Position numbers and translations under genes: made by a program | In this document: positions 1 through 8,689 of the stretch, one piece after another | Layout: every line of letters begins with the position of its first letter | How positions within the stretch are numbered: the first letter of the stretch is position 1 | Assembly: GCA_050916045.1 (NCBI GenBank) | Contig: CP051526.1 | Location: 1-64,000, forward strand | From: Tepidisphaera sp. | GTDB taxonomy: Bacteria; Planctomycetota; Phycisphaerae; Phycisphaerales; UBA1924 | Length of the DNA stretch: 64,000 nt | Direction of reading: 5' to 3' | The notes under the pieces: model-generated | The model's database searches: none | What the model saw: the letters and a program-made list of their open reading frames with translations, nothing else | What the model was told of the DNA's origin: nothing

Positions 1-1530
1 ATGAACGATCAGGATCGTCACATCTGGAGCGGCGTGCTTGCGTACCTGCGCCGCCATTACCCGACCCTTTGTCGGGCCTGGTTCGAAGAACTCGAGCCGC
101 TCCCCATCGAGGGTGGAGCGATTCATCTTCGCGCCGAGTCCGACGTTCACCGCGACTACCTCCGCCGGTCCTGCGCGGACCCGTTCAACGACGCCGTTCG
201 AACCGTCTCGGGCAGGCTTCTCGCCGTCCGATTCCTCGGGCCCCATGACCCCGCCCCTCTTCCGCAGTCGAGCGAGAAGCCGCGTGCGGTGGTCGAGCCC
301 AAACCCGTCGTCGAAGCGAGGGTCGAATCCAAAGCCGAGTCCCGAAACGGCGCCGATGCCTCCGCGACCGAGCCGCGGCCGACCCCCGCGGCCAAGCCGA
401 CCGCCGCCAGATCGCTCGCCCAGCCGCAGAGCGAGCCGCGCCCCGCGGCGACCCCGCTCAGCATCGTCGAGCCCTCGAGCGCCGCTTCCCGCCGCGATGA
501 TGCGCTGGTCATCAACCCCGACTACAGCTTCGACAACTTCATCGTCGGTTCGGGCAACCGTCTCGCCAACGCCGCCGCTGTCGCCGTCGCCGGCCACCCC
601 GGCAAAGCCTACAACCCGTTCTTCGTCCATGGCGGTGTCGGCCTCGGCAAAACACACCTGCTCCAAGCCATCTGCGTGCAGATCAAGACGCAGAACCCCC
701 GCGCCGTCCTCTACTACCTCTCCTGCGAGAGCTTCGTCACGCGGTTCATCGAAGCCGTCCGCTCCGGCGACATGCCCGACTTCCGCCACCGCTTCCGCGA
801 CGTCGACTGCCTCGTGATCGACGACATCCACTTCCTCGCCAAAGTCGACCGCACCCAGGAAGAGTTCTTTCACACCTTCAATAGCTTGTATCAGGCGGGC
901 AAGCAGATCGTGCTTTCGTCCGACGCGCCGCCCGAAGAGATCCCCCATCTCGAGGAGCGGCTCGTCAGCCGATTCAAGTGGGGTCTGGTTGCCAAGGTCA
1001 GCCCGCCGGACTTCGAAACCCGCGTCGCCATCCTGAAGAGCAAAGCATCCGTCCGCGGGTTTGAGCTCCCCAATGATGTCGCCGCGCACATCGCGACAAG
1101 GCTCAACACCAACATCCGCGAACTCGAGGGAGCGATCGGCAAGCTTCAGATCCACGCCGCCGTCGAGGGCCGCCCGATCGACATGCCGCTCGCCATCGAC
1201 GCGCTCGGCGATATCGCCCCGCGCGCCAGCACCGAGCCCACGATCCAGAACATCATCGACGCAGTGACCGACTTTTACCGCGTCCGACTGATCGAGCTTC
1301 AGTCCGAACGCCGCAACCGTTCGCTGAACCTGCCGCGACAGGTGTGCATGTACCTCATCCGGCACAACACGCGTCACTCGCTCGAAGAGATCGGCGGGTA
1401 CTTCGGCAACCGCGATCACACGACCGTACTTCACTCGATCCGGACGATCGATCAGCGACGCCAGACCGAGCCGGATTTCGACGCCCTGCTCAAGGGTCTC
1501 GAGGACAAAATCGGCATGTCCTCGACGTAA
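1..1530 (+). CDS. dnaA: Chromosomal replication initiator DnaA
   Basis: YNPFFVHGGVGLGKTHLL Walker A, LVIDDIHF Walker B, QEEFFHTFN, NIRELEGA, C-terminal RQVCMYL...RDHTTV; Pro/Ala-rich domain II. Confidence 0.98.
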   Translation: MNDQDRHIWSGVLAYLRRHYPTLCRAWFEELEPLPIEGGAIHLRAESDVHRDYLRRSCADPFNDAVRTVSGRLLAVRFLGPHDPAPLPQSSEKPRAVVEPKPVVEARVESKAESRNGADASATEPRPTPAAKPTAARSLAQPQSEPRPAATPLSIVEPSSAASRRDDALVINPDYSFDNFIVGSGNRLANAAAVAVAGHPGKAYNPFFVHGGVGLGKTHLLQAICVQIKTQNPRAVLYYLSCESFVTRFIEAVRSGDMPDFRHRFRDVDCLVIDDIHFLAKVDRTQEEFFHTFNSLYQAGKQIVLSSDAPPEEIPHLEERLVSRFKWGLVAKVSPPDFETRVAILKSKASVRGFELPNDVAAHIATRLNTNIRELEGAIGKLQIHAAVEGRPIDMPLAIDALGDIAPRASTEPTIQNIIDAVTDFYRVRLIELQSERRNRSLNLPRQVCMYLIRHNTRHSLEEIGGYFGNRDHTTVLHSIRTIDQRRQTEPDFDALLKGLEDKIGMSST

Positions 1531-1929
1531 TCGCTGCTTTCTCCGCGATTTACGCCTTGTCGGTTCGGTTGTGGAGCACCTGTGCAAAACTCGTCGGCGC
1601 GTGTCTGTTGGCGCTGGCCTGTGCTCGCCCCCACACCTGTCGGATAGAAGGACCACGCGGAGAGCCTCGCGCAGGTGCCGGCATCCGACAGATAACCGAC
1701 AGCTTCGTTCTCTCCGGCTTGTCTTCTAAGTGCTTGTCAAACATGCACTTACACCGCTTCGTCCACACGCTTCCCCGAACCGACACCGCTTCCTACGACG
1801 ACGACGAGAGATATCTCTATCTCTCAGAAGAGAAGAACCCCGCACGGCACGCACGCCCTGCTTCTCGCGTTTGCATTCTGCTTGGGTTTTCGCGGTTGTG
1901 GAGAACCGGTGGAAAACTCCGATTTGGCG
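1531..1929. promoter_or_regulatory. Putative replication origin oriC
   Basis: Intergenic region after dnaA. DnaA-box-like 9-mers at 1570 (TGTGGAGCA), 1581 (TGTGCAAAA), 1759 (TCGTCCACA), 1897 (TGTGGAGAA) and 1908 (GGTGGAAAA); trio-like TACGACGACGACGAG at 1794-1808; AT-rich palindrome at 1806-1825. Confidence 0.75.
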
Positions 1930-2751
1930 TCACCGCTGGCAGTCGGGGCAGAAGACCGTGGTTCGCTGTGCGACCAGGACTTTGCGGAGGGCCGTCCCGC
2001 ACTCCAAGCATGACTCCCCGGCTCGTCCGTACACGCGGTGGTTGGCTTGGGCCTGGCCGGGTTCTCCATTGGCGTTCACATAGTCTCTGAGCGTGGAGCC
2101 TCGGGCCTTCACGGCTTCGTCCAGCACGCTTCGAATCGCGACCGCGAGGCGCTCGAGTTCCGCGTGGGTCAGCTTGTGCGCCGAACGCCGCGGGCGGACC
2201 CCGGCGAGGAAGAGGGACTCATCCGCGTAGATGTTTCCGACGCCGGCGAGCACGCTTTGGTCAAGAAGCACGGCTTTCACCGCTCGTCGCGTGTGTCGGC
2301 ATGCGTGGGCGAGCTCCTCATGGCCGATCTCCAAAGCATCAGGACCGAGGCTTGACCAATGCGCTTCGAGCGACTCTCGTGATTCAAGGAGCGTGATGCC
2401 GCCGAAACGTCGGGGATCGCGAAAGGTCATCCGCTTGCCGTCTTCGAACGTCCAGACGACGTGGGTGTGCGAACCGAGGGGGACACTCGCCGCCTGGGTG
2501 CAAAGCTGACCGCTCATCCCGAGCTGCACGAGCACAATGCGGCCGGAGGTGCCCTCGATGGCGAGTTGCTTGCCACGACGGAGAAGCGAGCGGATCGCGC
2601 CTCCCGCGAGCAGAGCGTGGCGCGACTCTGATGGAGATTCGGGCAGCCGTGCGATGATGTCCGCTCGTCGCACTTCAACGGAGGCGATGCGTATCCCAAT
2701 CCGCGCGGCGATCCCGCGGCGGATGGTCTCGACCTCGGGGAGCTCAGGCAT
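1930..2751 (-). CDS. mutM: Formamidopyrimidine-DNA glycosylase (Fpg)
   Basis: N-terminal MPELPEVE, RRGK, DPRRFG, GVGNIYADE, C-terminal zinc finger CLECG...CPDCQ. Confidence 0.97.
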   Translation of the reverse strand: MPELPEVETIRRGIAARIGIRIASVEVRRADIIARLPESPSESRHALLAGGAIRSLLRRGKQLAIEGTSGRIVLVQLGMSGQLCTQAASVPLGSHTHVVWTFEDGKRMTFRDPRRFGGITLLESRESLEAHWSSLGPDALEIGHEELAHACRHTRRAVKAVLLDQSVLAGVGNIYADESLFLAGVRPRRSAHKLTHAELERLAVAIRSVLDEAVKARGSTLRDYVNANGEPGQAQANHRVYGRAGESCLECGTALRKVLVAQRTTVFCPDCQR

Positions 2752-3313
2752 TCTTCCGCCTCGCCCGAAGCTCCTTGAAGAACGCTCGGAGCAGGTCGGC
2801 GCTCCTTTCCGCGAGCACGCCGGGGATGACCCGAGCCCGATGGTTCAAGCGTTCGTCGTCGGCGATGCGGTAGAGCGTGCGAACCGCGCCGGCTTTGGGA
2901 TCTTCCGCTCCGTAGACGATGCGATCGGGCCTGGCGTTGACGATCATCCCGGCGCACATCGCGCACGGCTCGAGGGTGACGACGACGGTGCAGCCGGAAA
3001 GCCGCCAGTCGCCGAGCACGCGGGCGGCTTCCCGCATTGCGATGAACTCCGCGTGGGCCGAGGGGTCGGCGTCGATCTCGCGGCGGTTGTGAGCTTGGGA
3101 GAGGACTTCGCCGGTCGCGGTGCGGTAGACGACGGCGCCGATGGGGACCTCGCCGATCGTTGCGGCTTGGGCGGCGAGCGTCAGGGCCCGTTCCATCATC
3201 GCGAGGTCGGTCTGGGTCGGCTTCGGGGGAGGAGTCGGGAGCACGACCCGCGCGCGATGGCGGTTGTTGGCCAGCCAGCGGGCGGCTCCGAATCGCATCC
3301 GTCCGGCTGTCAC
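2744..3313 (-). CDS. tadA: tRNA-specific adenosine deaminase (start uncertain)
   Basis: GEVPIGAV, AHAE, TLEPCAMCAG, DPKAGA, LNH motifs. Confidence 0.92.
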   Translation of the reverse strand: MTAGRMRFGAARWLANNRHRARVVLPTPPPKPTQTDLAMMERALTLAAQAATIGEVPIGAVVYRTATGEVLSQAHNRREIDADPSAHAEFIAMREAARVLGDWRLSGCTVVVTLEPCAMCAGMIVNARPDRIVYGAEDPKAGAVRTLYRIADDERLNHRARVIPGVLAERSADLLRAFFKELRARRKNA

Positions 3314-4425
3314 GCTTCCGCTCCGCCGCTCTCGCGGTCATCGTTGTTCGCGTCGGTCTTGGCTTTGTCCTTGCGTTCGCCGATCCCGCCCGCCGAGGGG
3401 AACTGCCACAGCAGGAAGACGCCGAGCTCAAAGAGCACGTAGAGCGGGATAGCCAGAAGCATCATCGACAGCGGGTCTGGCGGGGTCACCACCGCCGAGA
3501 TCGCGGCGATGATGAAGATCGCCATGCGGCGGTTTCGGCGCAGGCCTTCGAGGGTCACCAGGCGGATCCAGCCCATGAGGAGGATCACCACCGGTGTCTG
3601 GAACGCGACGGCGAAGAGAATCCCGAAGGTGACGAACTGGTTGAGGTACTCCGCGAGCTTGGGCATCTGCACCACAGTCGTGGCTTTTTCGAGCGCCACG
3701 CCGCGGAGCACCGGCTTGCCGTCAACGACCGCGATGCACATCCGAAGCTGGCCGAGCGTCTCGTTGAACCACATCTGCCCCGGGGCTGGAGACGGCGGAT
3801 CGCCGTGGAGCATGGGCATGGAGGGGATCGAGATGCCGGCGGGCAACTCGGCAGGCCCGATGTCCGGCTGCTCAAGGTTGGTGGTGAAGTGGATGAAGAA
3901 CGCCAGCATCGCCGGCAGTGCCACGAAGTACATGAACAGGACGCCAAGCCCGCTCAGCATCATGGAGAGCGGCACGAGCAGGTACGCGAATCGCCGTTCG
4001 TGCGCGTACAAGCCAGGAGCGACGAATTGCCATGCTTGGTACAGGATCCACGGAAACCCGACGATGACCGTGACGAGAAACGCGACCATGATCCAGGTCG
4101 AGAACGCTTCGAACATCGACGTGATCATGAATCGCGGATTGACGCCCTCGTTGCGCAGGGCGTTCTCCATCGGCGTCATCAGCAGGTCCATAAGGTGGGT
4201 GCCGAAGATCAGTCCCGTGGCGAAGATCGGGACCAGGCCCAGGATGGCGTAGATCAGGCGCTTGCGAAGCTCGTTGAGGTGCTCACCCAGACTCATGACG
4301 GCGGCGGGCTCATCGGGCGTGTCCCACTTGGACCCGTACTTGGAGCCGCGATCGGACACGTGACGGGTGATCGCCTTCTTGGGCGTCTCATCGGGAACAG
4401 GGTCTGGAATGGGGTCCTCGGCCAT
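3310..4425 (-). CDS. tatC: Twin-arginine translocase subunit TatC
   Basis: MSLGEHLNELRKRL, YQAWQFVAPGLY.HER, FQTPV, VVTPPDPLSM; start placed at MAEDP. Confidence 0.95.
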   Translation of the reverse strand: MAEDPIPDPVPDETPKKAITRHVSDRGSKYGSKWDTPDEPAAVMSLGEHLNELRKRLIYAILGLVPIFATGLIFGTHLMDLLMTPMENALRNEGVNPRFMITSMFEAFSTWIMVAFLVTVIVGFPWILYQAWQFVAPGLYAHERRFAYLLVPLSMMLSGLGVLFMYFVALPAMLAFFIHFTTNLEQPDIGPAELPAGISIPSMPMLHGDPPSPAPGQMWFNETLGQLRMCIAVVDGKPVLRGVALEKATTVVQMPKLAEYLNQFVTFGILFAVAFQTPVVILLMGWIRLVTLEGLRRNRRMAIFIIAAISAVVTPPDPLSMMLLAIPLYVLFELGVFLLWQFPSAGGIGERKDKAKTDANNDDRESGGAEA

Positions 4426-4572
4426 CGCGGACAGAGGGTAGGGTCTCGACCGGGCCGTTTCGGGCGGCGTGCGGGGTGGAGATCCGAACCGGGACCGTCC
4501 GATGAGCGGTACACCGGTCGGTCGCGGGTGACGGAAGGGCCCGTCCGGCGCATCCTTGAGATCGGAGGCAGT

Positions 4573-5205
4573 GTGCCCGATTCCCAAGCCCATGGGGGCG
4601 ATGGCCAGTCAACCAGTCGGCTTCTCCACCCCGGGGTGGAGCATGAACGCCTGCGCCGAATCTGGGAAGACAACCGCCGGTGGGTTGCGGCCATTCTGTT
4701 GGCGTACAAGCCTCGCTGGGCGGATCTGGAAGATCTGCTTCAGGAGGTCGCTTCGAGCATGGTGGCCAAGTCCTCCGAGCTTCGCGATCCTGGGGCGATC
4801 CGGCCGTGGCTTCGCCAGGTCGCGATCAATGCCGCTCGCTTGGCGGGACGCAAGGGCAAGCTCAGGCTGACGAAATCGCTTGAGGAATCCGGGCCGGCCG
4901 AACCGGGGACGATCGTTCCTCCCGAGTCGCCGACGCAAGCGGCCCCGGCCGTGCTCGGCCGCGAGGAGGAATGTCGGCGGATGAACGAGCTTTTGGCTTC
5001 CTTGCCCGACGGGTACCGCGAGCCGCTTTATCTCAAAGCCGTGCAAAGCCTCAGCTATCGCCAGATCGGGCACATCCTGGGATTGCCCGAAACAACCGTC
5101 GAGACCCGGATCGCCCGGGCTCGCCGCATGATCCGAGAACTCTCCGCCCAAGCCCAAGCTTCGGCGCAAGCCGGTTTGGCGCGTTCGCCCGACCCCACAC
5201 CATGA
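4573..5205 (+). CDS. ECF (sigma-70 family) RNA polymerase sigma factor
   Basis: EDLLQEV, WLRQVAIN, LPDGYREPL, LSYRQIGHILG...TVETRIARAR; GGAGG RBS before GTG at 4573. Confidence 0.92.
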   Translation: MPDSQAHGGDGQSTSRLLHPGVEHERLRRIWEDNRRWVAAILLAYKPRWADLEDLLQEVASSMVAKSSELRDPGAIRPWLRQVAINAARLAGRKGKLRLTKSLEESGPAEPGTIVPPESPTQAAPAVLGREEECRRMNELLASLPDGYREPLYLKAVQSLSYRQIGHILGLPETTVETRIARARRMIRELSAQAQASAQAGLARSPDPTP

Positions 5206-5254
5206 CGGCAGGCCGTCTGGGGCGCATCCCAGCGGACTGAAGGAAAGAAACGCC

Positions 5255-5929
5255 ATGACGAACCCGCACGATCCCACCAATGACGCCAACGCTCCGCTTC
5301 ACGACCGTGATCTGCTGATCTCTCGCGTGGTGGATGGTCGCGCGTCGGCGTCGGAATGGACGACGCTGGAGTCGCTCGCGGCGCAGGATCCGGGGGTTTG
5401 GCGCGAGCTTGCGATGGCGCAGCGCGATCAGCGGGCAATTGAGACGATCGTGGGCGCAGCGGGGAATCTGGCGGAAAGCGTGGATTTGCCGCGTCGCGCT
5501 GCAGGGTCCGAGATCTCCCCGGGGGTTTCCCGGATGCGTGCGTGGGGCGGATGGGTGGCCGCGGCGGTGCTCGCGTTCGCCGCGGCGGGCCAATTCAACG
5601 TGATCACGCGGTTGAACCAGAAGATTCAGGCGGGGCTCGGCGGGCCGGATATTCAGCCTGTCTCGCTCTCCGCCGACGAAGCTTTCGATCAGTATCGCAA
5701 TAAGGGCATGCAGGAAGGCATTGTGCTAGGCGAGATCCCCGACCGAGTTCTTCTCTCCGCCGAGCCCGCAGCTGGCGGACAGGGGTACGAGGTCACGATC
5801 GTCCGACAGGTCATCGAACGTCGCCGCGTGAGCGACGTGCTTCAGTTCAATTCCAGGAATGAACTGGGGCAAACGGTGCCTGTTCCGACCTCGTGGACCG
5901 CGCCGCGCCGAAGCGCGACCGGCCTCTGA
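5255..5929 (+). CDS. Putative membrane anti-sigma factor
   Basis: Directly after the ECF sigma; N-terminal LISRVVDG..S..EW helix, single TM (WGGWVAAAVLAFAAAG), exported C-terminal domain. Confidence 0.7.
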   Translation: MTNPHDPTNDANAPLHDRDLLISRVVDGRASASEWTTLESLAAQDPGVWRELAMAQRDQRAIETIVGAAGNLAESVDLPRRAAGSEISPGVSRMRAWGGWVAAAVLAFAAAGQFNVITRLNQKIQAGLGGPDIQPVSLSADEAFDQYRNKGMQEGIVLGEIPDRVLLSAEPAAGGQGYEVTIVRQVIERRRVSDVLQFNSRNELGQTVPVPTSWTAPRRSATGL

Positions 5930-5998
5930 CGCGACAAGCGTCGAGCTCAGTCCTGTTCGTCCAGTCACAAGCCGGGCCAAACCCGGCGAGGAGTTGCC

Positions 5999-7240
5999 AT
6001 GCTGATCGCGTCCCTGCTCACATCCTGCTTGTCCCTTGCTCTGTCCGCCGGCGCCCCGGTCGCTTTCGAGCCCCCGCAGCACGCCGAAGTCCGCTACGAG
6101 GAACGAGCGATCGAATCCGACGACGTGATGTTCGACGAGTTTGTCGAGTTCGCGAGCGAACAGCCCGGTCGCGGCGGCCCGCAGGGCAACCGTGGTCCCG
6201 AAGGTCGTGGCGGTCCCGAAGGTCGCGGTGGCTTTGAAGGTCGTGGCGGCCCCGAGGGGCGTGGTGGTCCGAAGGGCAACCGTGGTCCCGAAGGTCGTGG
6301 TGGCCGTGGAGAGCGTGGCGGGCCGCGCGGCGAAGAACGCCAGATGGGTGGTTTTGGCGGGCCCGGCGGTGAGCGGTTTGGGCCTGAGGGGCGCGGTCGT
6401 CGCGGTCCCGGCACCGCGGGCCAGCATGAGCGGATCATGGACCGTTTCCCCGAGCTCCGCGAGCGCATCCGTGAGCGCGTGCGTGACCAGGTTCGCGAGG
6501 GGATGCGTCAACGCGTGGGCGAGCGGATCGAACGCCGCCGCGCGGATGGACCGATGAACCGCGGCCCCGAAGGCCGTGGCGGCTTCGAAGGTCGCGGTGG
6601 CCCGCAGGGTCGCGGTGGCCCCGAGGGTCGCGGTGATTTTGGCGGCGGCCCGGAACAGCGTGGTGGCTTCGAAGGTCGTAGTGGCCCTCAGGGTCGGGGC
6701 GGCTTTGAGAGTCGCGGCGGTCCCGAAGGCCGGGGTGGATTCGGGGGTGGCCCTGACCAGCGTGGTGGCCCCGAAGGTCGCGGTGGCCCTCAGGGTCAGG
6801 GCGGCTTTGAGAGCCGCGGCGGTCCCGAAGGCCGTGGTGGCCCCGAGGGTCGCGGCGACTTCGGTGGCGGCCCGGAGCAGCGCGGCGAACAGCGGGGCGC
6901 TGATCGTCGGAGCGACGGCCCGAACGGAAACCGCATGTCCGAAAATGGTCCGCCCCGCGGCGGGCCGGGAGAGAATCGCGTTCAGGGTCGCGCGCCGGAA
7001 AGCGGCTCGCAAAACCTGACGGATCCGCGGCTTGAGCGCATCCTCAATATGGTCGAGCGTTTGAACGAACGCCTCGACAGGCTTGAACGGCAGGGCGGAG
7101 AAGGCTCCGGTCCTGCGGGTCGTCCCGGCGGCGCTCCCCGTGAACCTCGGCGCGATCAGCAAGATGATCGCCAGGGTGATCGGGGTGGGCGTCCGGACGG
7201 TGGTCGTGGCGGGCCTGGCGAACAAGACGCCGGGCGATGA
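5999..7240 (+). CDS. Secreted Gly/Arg/Pro/Glu-rich repeat protein with C-terminal coiled coil
   Basis: GAGGAG RBS, signal-peptide-like N-terminus, many GGPEGR/GGFEGR hexapeptides with synonymous third-position variation. Confidence 0.8.
   Translation: MLIASLLTSCLSLALSAGAPVAFEPPQHAEVRYEERAIESDDVMFDEFVEFASEQPGRGGPQGNRGPEGRGGPEGRGGFEGRGGPEGRGGPKGNRGPEGRGGRGERGGPRGEERQMGGFGGPGGERFGPEGRGRRGPGTAGQHERIMDRFPELRERIRERVRDQVREGMRQRVGERIERRRADGPMNRGPEGRGGFEGRGGPQGRGGPEGRGDFGGGPEQRGGFEGRSGPQGRGGFESRGGPEGRGGFGGGPDQRGGPEGRGGPQGQGGFESRGGPEGRGGPEGRGDFGGGPEQRGEQRGADRRSDGPNGNRMSENGPPRGGPGENRVQGRAPESGSQNLTDPRLERILNMVERLNERLDRLERQGGEGSGPAGRPGGAPREPRRDQQDDRQGDRGGRPDGGRGGPGEQDAGR
6170..6890 (+). repeat. Coding 18-bp degenerate tandem repeats (GG[P/F][E/Q]GR) in two blocks, ~6170-6310 and ~6560-6890
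   Basis: Units such as ggtggccccgaaggtcgc, interspersed with G(D/G)FGGGP(E/D)QR decapeptides. Confidence 0.9.
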
Positions 7241-7299
7241 ATGGTGCGAGCCCGCTTTCCCAACAACTCCGGGGAGCCCTCGCCGAAGGAGTTTGAACG

Positions 7300-8541
7300 A
7301 TGAAGCGCTCACTGATCTCTTCCTTGGTGGTTCTTGCCGGCGCCGCCAGCGCCATGGCGCAGTCTGAACCGGTCCGCGTCCTCAAGGGGAGCCCGGATCG
7401 TCCGCTTGCCCACGCCGAGCAACCCGCGGAGAAGTCGGAGAAGAGCTCTTCCTCGCTCACGATGATGCAGAGCGACGGGACCAACACCTTCAAGGTCACG
7501 ATCGTCGACGGCGAGGTTCAGTCTGCTGAGGTGGATGGCAAATCGGTCCCCAAAGACCGCATCCGTCAGCGCGACGGCACCGTCGAGTTCCTCGACGACA
7601 AGGGCAACGTCGAGCACACGATGAAGCTCAACATCGGCTTTACCGGCCGGGCGAACAGCCGTTGGTCCGGCCGCGGAGGCGGCAACAACGCCTTCGGCGA
7701 GGGTGGCGCGGGCGGTCGGGGCGGTCGGGGCGGTCGGGGCGGTGGGGGTGCTCAGAACCTGATCGAGATCGCTCCCCGTGTTGAACCGCCCAAGGTCATG
7801 CTCGGCGTCACGATGACCACGGCCGACGAAACGACCCTCAAGCGGCTTGGCGTCGAACGCGAGACCGGCGTCTTCATCGACTCGGTGATCGACGGCCTCC
7901 CGGCTTCCAAGGGCGGCCTTGAGCCCAACGACCTGATCGTGGAAGCCGACGGCAAGTCTCCGCTGACCGAGCAGGACCTCCGCGGCATCCTCAAGTCCAA
8001 GAACCCCGGCGACGAGGTCAAGTTCAAGGTCTTCCGCAAGGGCGAATCCAAGGACGTCACCGTCAAGCTCGAAGCCTACGAAGGCGAGAAGCTCGGACAC
8101 GCCAACCCCTTCGCCGAAGGTGTCGAGATCCCAGGCATGGAAGAACGCTGGATGCAGCTCCCCGGCGGCTTCCGCTGGGAAGGCGGATTCGACGAAGAGA
8201 GCATCCAGAAAGCCATCGAAGAAGCCGTCAAGCAGCTCAAAGCCAACGGCCAGGACTTCGAGAAAATCAAGGAAAACGCGCTCGTCGAGCTCGAACGGGC
8301 TCTGAATGAGCTCAAGTCCCACAAGGATGAGTTCAAGGGCCTGGCCGAAGCGTTCCGCCAGAGGGTCGGCGATTCGGTCCCGCGCGTCCGGATCATGGAC
8401 GACCGCGGCGTTCTGACGCCCGCCGCCCCCGCCGCTCCTGCAAATCCTTCGGCAAACGCTCAACTTGACCGCATCGCGGAACAGCTTGAGCGGTTGAATA
8501 CCCGCCTGGATGAGCTTGAGAAGCGTCTCGAGAAGAAGTAA
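7300..8541 (+). CDS. Secreted PDZ-domain protein
   Basis: AAGGAG RBS, signal peptide, PDZ signature (MLGVTM...GVFIDSVIDGLPASKGGLEPNDLIVEADG), no trypsin protease domain visible, C-terminal coiled coil. Confidence 0.88.
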   Translation: MKRSLISSLVVLAGAASAMAQSEPVRVLKGSPDRPLAHAEQPAEKSEKSSSSLTMMQSDGTNTFKVTIVDGEVQSAEVDGKSVPKDRIRQRDGTVEFLDDKGNVEHTMKLNIGFTGRANSRWSGRGGGNNAFGEGGAGGRGGRGGRGGGGAQNLIEIAPRVEPPKVMLGVTMTTADETTLKRLGVERETGVFIDSVIDGLPASKGGLEPNDLIVEADGKSPLTEQDLRGILKSKNPGDEVKFKVFRKGESKDVTVKLEAYEGEKLGHANPFAEGVEIPGMEERWMQLPGGFRWEGGFDEESIQKAIEEAVKQLKANGQDFEKIKENALVELERALNELKSHKDEFKGLAEAFRQRVGDSVPRVRIMDDRGVLTPAAPAAPANPSANAQLDRIAEQLERLNTRLDELEKRLEKK

Positions 8542-8611
8542 ACCGCCGCTCCTGTTCCCACCCCCATTTCCGCCCACGACCACGGGCCGCGTGTTGCGGC
8601 CCGACGAACCG

Positions 8612-8650
8612 GAACCCCCTCGCTTTGTTGGCGGGGGGGTTCTTTCCTTT
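8612..8650 (+). terminator. Rho-independent terminator
   Basis: GAACCCCCTCGC-loop-GCGGGGGGGTTC hairpin followed by a T-rich tract. Confidence 0.7.
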
Positions 8651-8689
8651 TCAAGCCCGGTCGCCCCCTCCGGGCCGATATGATCCGTT

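Noticed and set aside
1727..1751. CIRCE-like inverted repeat
   Set aside because: Sequence and spacing differ from TTAGCACTC-N9-GAGTGCTAA; context is origin-like
3160..4572. 681-aa ORF appearing to fuse a long N-terminus to the ECF sigma
   Set aside because: The extension is the antisense shadow of tatC; the RBS and sigma similarity begin at 4573
6170..6890. Possible CRISPR array or collagen repeat
   Set aside because: Degenerate in-frame 18-bp units with no unique spacers and no cas genes; not strict Gly-X-Y
5726..7312. 528-aa minus-strand Ala/Thr-rich repeat ORF
   Set aside because: Antisense of the RGG repeat gene; the plus frame has the RBS, signal peptide, synonymous variation and operon context
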